From: Dendrobates tinctorius
Lineage: Eukaryota
Direction: 5' to 3'
DNA length: 64,000 nt
Assembly (NCBI RefSeq): GCF_039654945.1
Contig: NW_027361677.1
Coordinates: 20,026,001 to 20,090,000, forward strand
Positions 25,541 through 39,900 of this stretch are shown here, piece by piece (the first letter of the stretch is position 1; every line of letters starts with the position of its first letter). A program made the translations under genes and the position numbers. The notes beneath the pieces are model-generated. The model had not been told where the DNA came from, searched no databases, and worked only from the letters and a program-made list of their open reading frames with translations.

Positions 25541-27592
25541 CATTACATTATTGATCATGTATACTCCAGAGCAGCACTCACTATTCTGCTGGTGCAGTCA
25601 CTGTGTACATGCATTACATTACTGATCCTGAGTTACACCCTGTATTATACTCCAGAACTGAATTCACTATTCTGCTGGTGCAGTCACTATGTACATACAT
25701 TACATTACTGATCCTGAGTTACATCCTGTATTATACTCCAGAGCTGCACTCACTATTCTGCTGTGCAGTCACTGTGTACATACATTACTGATCCTGAGTT
25801 ACATCCTGTATTATACCCCAGAGCTGCACTCACTATTCTGCTGGTGCAGTCACTGTGTACATACATTACATTACTGATCCTGAGTTACATCCTGTATTAT
25901 ACTCCAGAGCTGCACTCACTATTCTGCTGGTGCAGTCACTGTGTACATACATTACATTACTGATCCTGAGTTACATCCTGTATTATACTCCAGAGCTGCA
26001 CTCACTATTCTGCTGGTGCACTCACTGTGTACATAAATTACATTACTGATCCTGAGTTACATCCTGTATTCTACTCCAGAGCTACACTCACTATTCTGCT
26101 GGTGCAGTCACTGTGTACATACATTACTGATCCTGAGTTACATCCTGTATTATACTCCAGAACTGAATTCACTATTCTGCTGGTGCAGTCACAGTGTACA
26201 TACATTACATTACTGATCCTGAGTTACATCCTGTATTATACCCCAGAGCTGCACTCACTATTCTGCTGGTGCAGTCACTGTGTACATACATTACATTACT
26301 AATCCTGAGTTACATCCTTTATTATACTCCAGAGCTGCACTCACTATTCTGCTGGTGCAGTCACTATGTACATACATTACATTACTTATCCTGAGTTACA
26401 TCCTGTATTATACTCCAGAGCTGCACTCACTATTCTGCTGGTGCAGTCACTGTGTACATACATTACTGATCCTGAGTTACATCCTGTATTATACTCCAGA
26501 GCAGCACTCACTATTCTGCTGGTGCAGTCTCTGTGTACATACATTACATTACTGATCCTGAGTTACATCCTGTATTATACTCCAGAGCTGCACTCACTAT
26601 TCTGCTGGTGCACTCACTGTGTACATAAATTACATTACTGATCCTGAGTTACATCCTGTATTATACTCCAGAGCTGCACTCACTATTCTGCTGGTGCAGT
26701 CACTGTGTACATACATTACTGATCCTGAGTTACATCCTGTATTATACTCCAGAGCAGCACTCACTATTCTGCTGGTGCAGTCTCTGTGTACATACATTAC
26801 ATTACTGATCCTGAGTTACATCCTGTATTATACTCCAGAGCTGCACTCACTATTCTGCTGGTGCAGTCACTGTGTGCATACATTACTGATCCTGAGTTAC
26901 ATCCTGTATTATACTCCAGAGCTGCACTCACTATTCTGCTGGTGCACTCACTGTGTACATAAATTACATTACTGATCCTGAGTTACATCCTGTATTATAC
27001 TCCAGAGCTGCACTCGCTATTCTGCTTGTGCAGTCACTGTGTACATACATTACTGATCCTGAGTTACATCCTGTGTTATACTCCAGAGCTGCACTCACTA
27101 TTCTGCTGCTGCACTCACTGTGTACATACATTACATTACTGATCCTGAGTTACATCCTGTATTATACCCCAGAGCTGCACTCACTATTCTGCTGGTGCAG
27201 TCACTGTGTGCATACATTACTGATCCTGAGTTACATCCTGTATTATACTCCAGAGCTGCACTCACTATTCTGCTGGTGCAGTCACTGTGTGCATACATTA
27301 CTGATCCTGAGTTACATCCTGTATTATACTCCAGAGCTGCACTCACTATTCTGCTGGTGCACTCACTGTGTACATACATTACATTACTGATCCTGAGTTA
27401 CATCCTGTATTATACCCCAGAGCTGCACTCACTATTCTGCTGGTGCACTCACTGTGTACATACATTACATTACTGATCCTGAGTTACATCCTGTATTATG
27501 CACCAGAGCTGCACTCACTATCTGCTGGTGCAGTCACTGTGTACATATATTGCATTACTTTTGCTGTATTGTACTCCAGAGCTGCACTCACT
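25541..27592 (-). repeat. 86/81-bp satellite array 2 (inverted relative to arrays 1 and 3)
   Basis: Reverse complement of the array-1 unit, ~24 copies. Confidence 0.97.
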
Positions 27593-27706
27593 TCTGCCTG
27601 CCGTTGGGAAATCCTCCTGATTAACCTCTGTTTTCCGTTGTTACTTTTCATCCTGTATTTCATATGTAACATTACATAAAACTTTGTCCAGTGTTCCTTT
27701 CCCGTC

Positions 27707-27725
27707 TGACCACCAGGTGGCGCTC
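27707..27725 (+). promoter_or_regulatory. CTCF-like motif
   Basis: tgaccaccaggtggcgctc, a near-perfect match to the core consensus. Confidence 0.55.
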
Positions 27726-28140
27726 ACTGACAGCACAGTCTCCAGTCTTCCTTACAATAAGGCACTTTTTCTTTTTTCCCCTATAAACTTTTCCTGCTCT
27801 GGGAATTTTTAACCCTTCTTTCTCCAAACCGTTATCGTCGGCTGCTCACTTGTAGATGTCGGCCAATGGCTCTGGAGCTTATCGCGTTGTCTAGTCACTC
27901 CCCCGAAGAGCTTGCAATCTGTGTAGAATTATCCTGTAGCAGTGAAGTGTCCCCCTGATTGCCGGCTTCCAGGGTACATTGGTGTGCGGCAGGGTCAGGA
28001 GGAGGGTGCAGGGAGGGTGGGATTTGGTGGGAGTCTTTGGGGAGGTGCCACGCTCTCTATTATTATTGAGTCTGTATAGCCGACCTCCCTGATTGCCGTG
28101 AGACGCTGCGGTCCGGAGTTCTGCTGCTGAGCCGCTCACT

Positions 28141-30394
28141 ATGTCCACGTCACAGAGGCTGGTCCTGGTCCTTGGCGGAGCCGGTACTGTTGGGTCTGGG
28201 ATTGTGAAATGTCTTCTGGAGCGAGGTAGGGCCGAGCTCATCTTATGGGACAGGCGGCCGATCTCCGGTCCTAAGCGTTGTCCTCGTCTTATGCCGCAGG
28301 GTTCCAGGTTGCCGTAATTTCCCGAGATGACGCCCGCTTGGAGAAGCTGACGAGTTTTGTGCCGGCGCAGTACAGAGAAAGTCTTCACACCCTGGTTGGA
28401 GATGTGGGTAAGATGTGTCTAGGAGAAGCAAGGAGGCGTCCTACCTGTATGGCTATGAAGAATGTCAGGATTTCAGCTCTGGAGCACACACTGAATCGCA
28501 TTTGTTCCGTTTTTGTCCTTTATTTCCATGCACAGTCTGTGATATTACTTTCTGCTTGGGGGAGGGGGTCGCCTGCAGCACTGTCTGGCTCGCTGACCCC
28601 TTTTTTGTGTTTTGTGCAGGCTCGGAGCAGGGGGCGCAGGAGGCGGCAGCGGCTCTGGTCAGCAGAGCAGGAAAAGTGACCGATGTGGTTTCTTCGCTGG
28701 GGTTCAGCTGGTGGCAGGGTGGTCCGCCCCACACTCAGTCGCTGCAGGAGCTGCAGAGGGTACGCTGCCAGAACTGTTTCTTGTCATTAAATCGTTAGAA
28801 GCTTTTACCATCATCCCTGCTGCATGGGGCTTGTACGAAGAGCTGACAGTCTAAGTCCTGAAGGTCGGGCACTAAGCTTGTACTTGTGCAGTCCTATGTA
28901 ACTGACAGGTCGCATATTGCAATGTCAGAAGGACTGGTGCTACATGAGATGCTCATAGGTGCTGCACATTACTGACTCAGCTCTGTTGCATGTGTGCTGC
29001 ATGTTACTGATTCCGCTCTGGCTTGTGTGCTGCAAGGTACTGACTCGGCTCTGCTGCATGTGTACTGCACTCTAGTGACTTTGCTCTGTTGCATGTCTTC
29101 TGCACGTTACTGACTCGGGTGTGCTGCACGTGTTCAACCCACTTTTGAGCAGTTAATCTCTACTTCATCTTACAAACTCAGCACTGCTACTTCTGCAGTC
29201 AAACAGCCAGACGCTACTTGATAGAACTTAAGCAGCAGATATTTGTCCCACGCCTGTCACAACATTAAGAGGATAAAGATCATCAGACCGTGCAACAATG
29301 GGAGCGTAGAGGAAGGGGGGACCCCGGAGGTGTGATAATAGGATCTGAAACAAACAGACAAATATACAAGATATTCCATCAATTACAATCATAATGTAGC
29401 AGAGCCGGAACGGTTTTCTATCATGTACCGATATATCCCGTCACTGCACTTTGTGCCGAAATCATAGATACCTAACGTGTCCCTGAACTTCAGGAATGAA
29501 TGCAGATAATGGCGTCAGCTCACGGATCCATTCTGTCCCTGTAGGTGCTGGATACTTTACTTCTCAGCACGTTCACGTCCTGGAAGGCTTTCTTTCCCTT
29601 GATAAAAGATAATCCGAATGGAACATACACCTTTATTACCGGTAGGTGATGGTCAGAGGGTGAGGGGGTGTGTGTGTTACCGGCCACCTCTGCAATCTAT
29701 CAGTGGTGTCTGGTTTTATAGGCAAGGAGCATTAAACACCTGATGACCACCAGATTTCTTCAGCGCCCCTCCGATGCCTTTCGGGTTCGGCGAGCGCTCA
29801 GCAATGCTGCCAGTCTGAACTGTCAATCGTCAGGAGCACATTGGTCCCCGGCACAAGGCTAGGGAATGTTGCGCTCCTGAAGATCTCTGGATGTCTGCAA
29901 TGTCCAGTATTTTTTATGTGAAATTCATTCAGTTTTTCATGTGACCCTAGGGGGCGCTGGTGAGCGTTTGCTGATGCCGGGCACTGGATTCCTAACCTTG
30001 GGCGCAGCGGGAGCGCTGGCGTTTTCCCAGGTGATCCGGGAGGAGTATCCTGATGTTCCTTGTAAGCTGAATGAGGTTAGTGCTAAATTTGGGAGGGATA
30101 TAGGAAGAAATTGGAGTTTTGGCCTAACATGATGATTTATTTGGGGTCGGAGAATAATCACAATGAACGGTCGTAGATCATATGGTTCCAAAATTGGCTG
30201 TTTTTTGCCGTTATCAGGTAAAAATCAACATGGGGGTGGCTCCTCCCGAGCGCCTCGGACCCGGGTATGTGAGTCACTTGGAGGTAGGAGAAGCCGTTGC
30301 GTCGTTGGTGGAGAAAAGGAGGGTGTCCCACACGGTGCTCTGCGCCAACTCCACCACCGACCTCAAGACACTCATCTTAGAAGGGAAGCTGTGA
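28141..30394 (+). CDS. Uncharacterised atypical SDR / NAD(P)-binding Rossmann-fold protein, 243 aa; exons 28141-28225, 28300-28407, 28620-28759, 29545-29641, 29951-30075, 30218-30394
   Basis: Six exons with GT-AG introns join into a 732-nt ORF with no stop. N-terminal VLVLGGAGTVGSGIVKCLLERGFQVAVISR is a dinucleotide-binding motif, followed by GDV and VVSSLG SDR-like strands. No YxxxK. Confidence 0.9.
28958..29130. repeat. Degenerate ~35-bp tandem repeat in intron 3 of the SDR-like gene
   Basis: About 5 copies of gtgctgcatgttactgactcggctctgctgcatgt-like units. Confidence 0.6.
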
Positions 30395-31561
30395 GATTTG
30401 GGCGGACCAAACCTGGTTCATATCCCATGTGCCCCGCCACAAACCCATCTACCACCACTGATCCATCTCTGGAGCGGGGGTCTTCTAATAGCTCCTTATG
30501 GGTCAGAGATCCATCTATTAAGGGATACCACCATTTTTTTCCAATCCTTTATGGGCAAGGAACCAGCTGCAACCTGAACAATCCCTTGAAGAAAGTACTA
30601 ATCCAGATCTGTTCTAAGCCACCGCCGCTTTAGGATGACGTGTAAAATCCAGCTTGTTATTTTTTTTAACATTTTTTTTTTTTCTCTGGGAGTTTAATAA
30701 TGACAAGATGAATTTCATACATTCATCCCCTGCCCATCTGGCGTAATCTTTGACGGCTCCTACCAGCTTTATAGATATATAATATTAACCCCCTTGTTCC
30801 TGGCTTTTTCACCAATCCAATCTCCGATTCATGTGAATTTAATAAATCTTGATGAAATGATATTTTTGCATGTTCGTGTCTGTGATCCGGAGCGATTAAT
30901 CTGCTCATCTGCGGGTCTTACTGTCCATGTTGGCTGCAGTGAGCCAAGGATCCTTAGCTGTGTGACGGCTGAGAGGAAGGAGATGGGGGAATATCTGTAA
31001 ATCGCAGAAAAATGAGGTCACAGATAAAAAAGCTTATCCATAAGCTGAGCTGGTACAGCTGGCCGGCAAGCCATTTTTTTTTATGTGCCAGTCTCCATGT
31101 GCATGCCACCTCTCCTATGTGCACACATGGCATCTTACCCATTGCAAACTTCTCAGATCTTTCGCGCTTTCTTCCCAAATCCCTTTCCCTGGTTTTATTT
31201 CTTTAGGTAGGTTGCAAAATGATCTGCATGCCCCCACATGCATAAATCTGCAGGACTCCAGTTTCCCAACTATTCTTAGGGAACTGAAATATGGGCAGAC
31301 AATGTAAACTTCTTGCCGATGTCGGCCTGTAGAACAAGTGTTGTCAGCCATCTGTATAACGCACACATCTACTCTGATTTTATAAGCTTTTGTGACTTGA
31401 GGATCATCCGGTACCTTACGGGGCCACAACTACAGCCATATTTGTCCCATATAGATGGAGCAGTAGTGGGCACGGTAGACACCCCATGTTCCAGCGATTG
31501 GAAAGTTGGCACCTATTGTATGGATAGGTATTACCTTGTAATTTTAGTACATCTCCTTTAA

Positions 31562-31829
31562 AGTGTAACGGTCATTGCATGAGAGTGTTTTCATAATGTT
31601 GCTTATCGATGGGGGGTCCGGGGTCCAGGAACCCACCGATCTCTCAAAGCTATAGCTCCTGCATGAGCTTCACGAGCCTAATAGTAAAGATTAACCCAAG
31701 TTTGTAAGAGACTGTAGAGAGAAATGCTCATGCAGGAGCTGCTGATTTCAAAGAAGTGTTTTGACTAGTTGTTGGGTTCTCCAGATCTGGACCCCCATTG
31801 ATCAGCAATGCTTTACTTACAGTTACATT
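31562..31829. mobile_element. TTAA-flanked MITE (T2/Kolobok-like)
   Basis: ttaa-agtgtaac ... gttacatt-ttaa ends with internal inverted blocks (agctcctgcatgagc / gctcatgcaggagct; gggggtcc / ggaccccc). Confidence 0.65.
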
Positions 31830-31879
31830 TTAAGCCTTCTTTCTCGCTTACAGAGGATGTGTACAGTTTTGTTTTTTAA

Positions 31880-32246
31880 AGGGAATCGGTCAGCAGGCTT
31901 TGGTCATGTAATCTGAGAGCAGCACAATGTAGAGGAATCACTGATTCCAGTGTTTTTTTTACTAGATTGTTTCGCAGTTTCAATACAATTAGTGTTATCA
32001 GCAGGAGATTATCACTGCAGGACTAGTAGTCTGGTGTCTCCTGGTCCACCCACACCACTGATTGGCTGCTTTCTGTGTACACTAACAATCAGTGGTGTGG
32101 GTGGGGTTATACACAGCTCAGCATTTGAGCCCTGCTAGATCTGCAGCAGCGTAAACTGGATTGTATGACAACTGCTGCACACAGTAACTAAGTGATACCT
32201 ATCTGGAATCAGGGTCTCTGCCCCTATATCAGATTACATAGCAAAC
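31880..32246. mobile_element. TTAA/AGG-type MITE (T2/Kolobok-like), right end eroded
   Basis: Starts ttaa-agggaa and has inverted blocks atgtaatctg / cagattacat and ctgattccag / ctggaatcag. Confidence 0.6.
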
Positions 32247-33904
32247 AGAATTGGCGTAGGGTTTAAAGAGAATCTAAACACTTTCTGTTTTAGCCTGCAG
32301 CACAATCAGAATTTCGCGCAGATTACAATTGAATTTATAAGAAATGACCCCTCATATTCCTCCTCGTTCGGGGTGCAGTAGGCTCTGGCTATCGCTCAGT
32401 TACAGATCTGGATGACTCCCATTCACACACTGCTTATTTTTGCACCACAGACTTGTTCTCACCCCCCCCCCCCCTCCAAAAAAAAAAAAAAAAAAAATTT
32501 GGATACGGACTTGAAAGTTTTACCTTTTTGCAAGGCAACACGTGCAACAGAAGGGTGTGTGCCGCAACCGTGCACTGTAGGGAACATCGCGACAAAGTCG
32601 TGTTTACAGTTTCGAGTCTTCTATATTTCTATTATGGAATTTGTCAAAATAAAATAATGAAGACGCCGACAGCCGCCTCCCATGGGGAAAACTATAAATA
32701 AATCCGCTATAAGACAGCAATTATGTTCCATGTCGAATACTTGGCCCCGGCCTGAGAATCTCCTGCCAGGACAGAAAGATCCCAATTATTTCTTATTGTC
32801 TTTTGTTTTCGAAATGCTCGATAAAACCCAACTCTTTCAGGCAGGAAAAAAAAATGAAAGCTTTATTAAAAATAATTTTATTTCAATCAGAAGAGTAAAA
32901 GCAGAAATTCATCTTTCCCTATGGACATAGAGCCGCAATCTCCAGTCCAGCGGCAACACTACAACTCCCAGCTGCTGCCGTCAGGTCGTCTTTTGCCACA
33001 GGTAGTAGATCGCTGCTCTGGAGCATCGGTTTGCCAAAATTGGACGCTATAGACTTTGGCCGTCACGGTGGGAGTTGTAGTACTGACATAAGTCAGAGCT
33101 CTAGCATTTTGGGAGTTGGTTTAATTGCAGACCAACTTCCAGTGCTCCAGCTTTCGCAGGACTACAAGTCCCAGAAAAACAGCACTGGTAGTTTTGAAAG
33201 CTGTCTACAATGATAAATAGTTTAGTGCAAAGATCATCGGCTTAACAGATTGTGCCACAACTCGTGCCCTGCCGGCTTCACCTCTACAATCTGTAAGTCC
33301 ATACAGGTGGGCTACCACCTCAGCAAGGGATTCGATAGGTCATTTTAGGATTCAGGGACCCTTATCAATCCAAAATAAAGATGGGGGCTTTTTCCCCCTA
33401 CCATGCAGAGAATAGCAGTGGGTGGCCCGTAATGCAGAACTGTAAAGGGGGTCACAGCACTGAAACCCATTAGTTTCAGAATTAAAGGAAGGATCCCGAC
33501 TTATGTCATCACTTTGAGATGGGACCCTGTTATGTAGAAACTCTCTTCCTGGAAAAGCTGGGTGACCCATGTACGGAGCGTTCCCCATAAACAGCTCACT
33601 TTTTGTAGGTTTCTGTGAAGCCAGGATGATCTCCTGTAACATGGTGGGGGGGGGGCTCACTCAGGACTCTAGAAAAGTTGGGTGACGAGCCATACAGGGG
33701 TTGTAACAGTGGCCATATTGGGTTTAACATATACAGTAGAAAACGCTTCCCCTGCACGGTGTAGAAGATTAACATTATTTTTCGGGTTCACATTCATGGG
33801 CGAATGGCCAGTGGTTGAGGATTTCTTCATGTACGCAGGTAAGGTGCAGAATAATGTGCGGATGCAGCTGCTCACAAGTAGTTTCTCCAAGTCGCCGCTC
33901 CTCC

Positions 33905-36900
33905 TCAGTCAAGCTGGATCAGTGGAGGCACAGGGAGGGTCTCCAAATAGGCCAGGGCGCTCTGCAGCGAGGTCAAACAGTAGCCCACCTCTCCAATCAG
34001 ATCCCTAGGGAGAAGAAGAAAACAATATTATGAATATCGATTGGAATCCATCATCAAAACCCCTGAAGCCTGGATAAAACAGCCACAGGCATCACTTTAC
34101 GCTGACCCCCGATTGACAATCAATGGGGACCGGAAGTGCAATTCCAGAGACAACCTACGGTCAGGGGTGGTGCTGTTTGAGAGAAAGCTCCCGTGTTTCA
34201 AAATAATGGCTGCATGTAAATAATGTGCATAGATTAGGAAGAGGCTGTAAGTGTGGAAATGAGCTGCAAGGAAGACGAGAGGAGAGGAGACACCCAGACT
34301 GGCTGAGAGAAGAGTGACCGGGAGGAATAGACAGAGACGCAAGTCTGCAGAACTGGCTCAGGGAGACGATAAAGCTGTCACAGCAGCAGACATGTCACCA
34401 GGCCGACTAAGAGTCAGCGACAAGGCCAGGGACGGGGCGCCCCCCTGCTGTTATTGAGCGCTAGTGGCGCTCACTAAGAATTACACAAACTGTCACTGCT
34501 GAGACATGCAGAGCGTAATGGTGGGTACTTACCCCTCATGTATAAACTCCTCCAGCGCCGCGCACTCAGACACCAAATGCGACATGCCGCTCTTCAGCAC
34601 TACAAATGCCACAATGGGCAGGAGGTCGTCTGCGCCACTAGAAAGAGAAGAGAAAAAAATGGAGACGTTACTACATATGGGACAGTACAGGACATAGCGC
34701 CCCCTATAGTGAGCGAGAGCCAACGTCTGTACCTATAGATTGCATGGCAGCACTGGAGCCGATCGCTGGGGGTCTGCCTAGGGTCATCACCCCACAGCCG
34801 TCCCCCACTGTCTGGGGTCACGTCCAAAGCTGCTCTGACTGGGAAATTGGCAAGTCTGTGCTCATTAAGTCCTGACAGCTGCCCCCGAAATATGCCCCCC
34901 GTTGCACCGTCTTCCCCCTGCTTAACCCCTTCCCCACAGAGGGGACATCATCTCCCATATTCACGTTTTGCTTTCGATTCTTCGCCATGTTGAAGATCTT
35001 TGCTCCCCAATGACCCTTCTCATCGCAGATTCCCGGTCCGGTATTCCATTGTGACTCCTTTAGTAAATCATCTCCATGTTCTCTTCCCTCTACTATGTTG
35101 CCGTCTGGTCCCTTCCATGACTTTTTCCCATCATGACACTGCCGGCCCCCCACCCAACCTTCTCATCTTCTGTGGCACTCTGCTAATTTGAGCAGACAGG
35201 CGCTCTGCTTGGAAGCTGCTGCTCTGCAGAGCGCCACAGCCCCCTGTGCTCTGCAGGACAGGCCATGTTCTGCCTGCGACTGTCACATCTCATCCATCAG
35301 TGAAGACCCTAGAGGGGCCTCCTATCTGTACCCAATAAACATCATGTACTCAGCAACCTGTGCACACGAGGAGCAGAGGAGAGAGAGACACGTGCAGTGT
35401 ACAGATGGACGGAGACATGGAAAATGTCAGACGGCGCTCACCCTCAACCCAAAATATAAAGGCACTCACATGGCGGCACTCCCGGGAGAGTGGCAATATT
35501 CTTCTGTGCACTCACAAATGACACGCAGAGTCCTCACTGAAAACATAAGAAAGAACAAATTATGTAACAATTAGAGGGGTCTTACAGGTGCATTCAGTGT
35601 CTCAGTGGGCATTATATGTTACTGTGCAGAGCTGCACTCAAGTCAATCCCTTTAAGGTTGAGTATATTACTCCTTTACGTAAGATGGTGGAATTATGTTG
35701 CACCATTGCCATCAAGCAGCCATAGAAAGAGCTGATCAAACAGATTCCCAGGACCCTTGTAGGCGTGGGTTACACTTTTGCAGCTGCACCAGTTTTTCAA
35801 ACTTCCTTGAACTTATAAGTAATTATGGCATCCGGACCCGGGTTCTGCAAACTTCCTAGACCCTGGCGGTAACTCCGTGGCATCCGGACCCGGGTTCTGC
35901 AAACTTTCTAGACCCTGGCGGTAACTCCGTGGCATCCGGACCCGGGTTCTGCAAACTTTCTAGACCCTGGCGGTAACTCCGTGGCATCCGGACCCGGGTT
36001 CTGCAAACTTCCTAGACCCTGGCGGTAACTCCGTGGCATCCGGTCCCGGGTTCTGCAAACTTCCTAGACCCTGGCGGTAACTCTGTGGCATGCGGACCAG
36101 AGTTCTGCAAACTTCCTAGACCCTGGCGTTACTCCGTGGCATCTGGAGAAGGGTCCTGCAAGCGACATGTGACGCAAGGCCTAGTCACCAAGAAGCGTTG
36201 TACCACCATGTCATGATGTGGGTTTTGAAAAACACCAAAAGGTGCCGAGGATGCAGGCATATGACGTTTGCAAAACACTGGACCGGATGCCATGGATTTA
36301 CCGCTAGGGTCCTGCAAAGAATACCCACCACTATATGTCAGATTATGGAATGAGCTGACATCTCCTGCCTACGGGGTTCCTCCTTTATGGTTCATAGCAA
36401 GACCCCCTCCATGGTATCTATATACACTACAAGGGCACATGGACTGGTATTCTCCTTACGAGATGACCCCTTTAAACAACAATATCTGGGGTGTGAGCCT
36501 CTTTACGCCTCGTGTTATACTCCGGTCACTGGTCGCCTTGTGAAAGGGGTAATAACGGTTCTTACCAATGCCCTCCAGTTTTCTTTGCGGACTGCGTTGG
36601 TGCGGCAGGTTTTGCAGATCTTCCACAGCAGGTTTATACGGTTCCTTTATATCGTCTGGGTACAGCTTTTTCGGAACCCCCAGCACATATGGCATTGCTG
36701 TGCTGTACATATCCATAACCTGGAGAAGAGATTCCTCCTGGGCAAACATCACCTGTCTGAGGGGCAAGAAGATATATTTAAATCGGTCATGGCGTTCCCA
36801 CCTTGGGCCGTCCATCTACGGTAAGGACAAGAACGGCCGGTGGTCTCTAGTGAGATGACCCTTATGCATCTATATTAAATAGAGCGACCGATATAATTAC

Positions 36901-39900
36901 CTGTATAGAGCGAGAAGCGGCGGCCATAGTGGGGGAAAGAAGCTGTCCTCCAAGCAGTCCAGGCAGACGTCCTTCACTTGTGGGCTCAAAGGGAAATCCA
37001 GCGAGAACATGGCGCAAGAAAGCAATCGGTCTGGAGAATGGGGAGGGGGGGGTAAAATCACAAATTAATGCAGTAAACATTTTGATATAAAACTAATCCT
37101 ATCACTTCCCTTACTGACACATCATCATATAACTGCTCATCATTAGACCACTAGGTATGATCTGAACGTGCCCCCCCCATACGGACACATTTTGGGGGAC
37201 TACTTTTATATTTTATCACTTTCAGCCTATAGGGACGGGCCCAAGGGGCTACGACATCCTGTGCTGCCCCCTTGTGTATAAATATGGTATAACCCAAATT
37301 GTAAAGACTGTTTGGAGAAGTTTCTTTTGCCTTGGTCATAATCCCCCTCCCCCCCCAAAAAAAAACCAAAAAAAAAAACAAAAAGCGTATGGTCATCATA
37401 GAAAGCCGAAATAATACTGTCATATGGGTGGGCATAACTTCTGTTGCCATAAGGGCACGTATAGCGATTTCTGTTTCCAGGGTCACATCAGATTAACCCT
37501 TCGTCACTCACCTCTGGCATTGTGGATCTCCGTAACCACGACGTTTAGGTGCTGGGACGGGGTCAGTCTTTGCAGCGCGGCTGGCACGGTCAGCGACGTA
37601 GGGGACAGCAGATTTTCCAAGTCCTCAAAAGAGGTCTCTAGGTCTTTCCGGCACGGTCCTGTACTAAGCTCAATGCTGTTTTCCCAGCTTTCCAGCCCAT
37701 CTCCTATGGAGCGGCTGTGCTGAATGGAGGGCCGGCGAGGATCAGGGAGAAACTGGAAGCTTTTTGAGGATTTTAGCTGCGGCAGGCAGACAGACGATCC
37801 AGCCCCGTTATCGGCCTGGAGGGAACGACGGAAGAGTTTGGTGGCCGAGGTTGCCTTAGAGGGGTCCTTACTGATGACGGGATACAGGCGGCTGTAGATC
37901 TGGCACTGGAGATGGATCACTAGTTTGGCGAGAGGATGATCCGATGAGCTGGGATCAATGGGAACAAAACGCAATTAGACAGGGTACAATAGGGAGGAGG
38001 GGGTGTCACTTATTGGCTTTCCAGTAGACTACAACTTTGCAAGTCGCAGACAAGTTGTCCGAGAAGTCGCCTTGCAGCCCCAGCCTAGGAGTTCGGACCC
38101 TTCCCAATCCCCCCCGTCTCCAATACTGTGTGTATTACCTGAGGATTTGGCAGAGATAGCTGGAAACCGCCTCTACGTCACCCGGATTGTTCTTAATCTT
38201 CTCCTTATAGCCGGCCGGCCATCTCTAATGAACAACAACATTTAGGATCATAAAGAGGAAACGTATCGAGCTTCGTATAGCAACTCGCTCTCATCACATC
38301 CCATTGCCCGGAGCCACCGGTGTGGACGCGGCTCATTCTACAGAGCTCAAGTATGTTCTTCTAACACCAAGGAGGAAATGTTGTGGAATGATGGAAGCCT
38401 CAGGATGGGTAGACGCATTACTGATCGTGAAAGAAGGGGAAAAAAAAAACGGTAACAAATGTTCAAAACATCTAGATTTATTCAGTATGGCGTGTGAACC
38501 ACGTGCAGAAATCCAGGCACTTACAGCTTCCATCACTGGGGTTATTAACGGTTGTCTGAGGAATCATCAAGATCCGCTGCTGGCAGCTCCTGTGTAATCA
38601 CCGACCAATGACGTCCCCGATGTGCTCAATGGGAGATAAGTCAGGAGCCACTGCAGCCGTGGGAGCACATTCAGGGCACACAGGAACATTAGCAACATGC
38701 GGCCTGTTATGTTGTAAAATGGCTGCCCCACTGAGATGTTAGGGACCTGGAATTAAGACTAGAGGGGTCCAAATACTGTACATTATACACACACACACAC
38801 ACACAATAATCCCAGGGGTAGGACCACTGTGACATTCCCTCTTAAACAAAAATAATTTCTCCTCAACAATTGCAAAAAAAAAAAAAATATATATATTTTT
38901 AATGAAGTAAAATATGTAAACTAATTAAGAGGTTTGATATTTTCCACTAATAAAACACTCTGGGGAGCAGCTGCTGAAATTTGCCATGAAAACCTAGTGT
39001 ATATTACAACTGCACTCCATCTACTTCCATGGGAGCGGCGGTGTAACGTGTGACCCCCCCCCTTCCGTCCACTTCCATGGGAGTGGCGGTGTAACGTGTG
39101 ACCCCCCCCTTCCGTCCACTTCCATGGGAGCGGCGGTGTAACGTGTGGTCCACTTCCATGGGAGCGGCGGTGTAACGTGTGACCCCCTTCCGTCCACTTC
39201 CATGGGAGCGGCGGTGTAACGTGTGGTCCACTTCCATGGGAGCGGCGGTGTAACGTGTGACCCACTTCCATGGGAGCGGCGGTGTAACGTGTGACCCCAA
39301 TCCGTCCACTTCCATGGGAGCGGCGGTGTAACGTGTGGTCCACTTCCATGGGAGCGGCGGTGTAACGTGTGACCCCCTTCCGTCCACTTCCATGGAAGCG
39401 GCGGTGTAACGTGTGGTCCACTTCCATGGGAGCGGTGGTGTAACGTGTGACCCCGCTCCGTCCACTTCCATGGGAACGGCGGCGTAATGTGTGACCCCCG
39501 CTCCGTCCACTTCCATGGGATCGGCAGTGTAATGTGTGACACACCCCCCCCGGCTCCGTCCACTTCCATGGGAACGGCGGTGTAATGTGTGACCCCCCCC
39601 ACTCCGTCCACTTCCATGGGAACGGCGGTGTAATGTGTGACCCCCCCCACTCCGTCCACTTCCATGGGAACGGCGGTGTAATGTGTGACCCCCCCACTCC
39701 GTCCACTTCCATGGGAACGGCGGTGTAATGTGTGACCCCCCCCCTTCCATGGGAACGGCGGTGTAATGTGTGACCCCCCCCCTTCCATGGGAACGGCGGT
39801 GTAATGTGTGACCCCCGCTCCGTCCACTTCCATGGTAACGGCGGTGTAATGTGTGACCCCCGCTCCGTCCACTTCCATGGGAACGGCGGTGTAATGTGTG

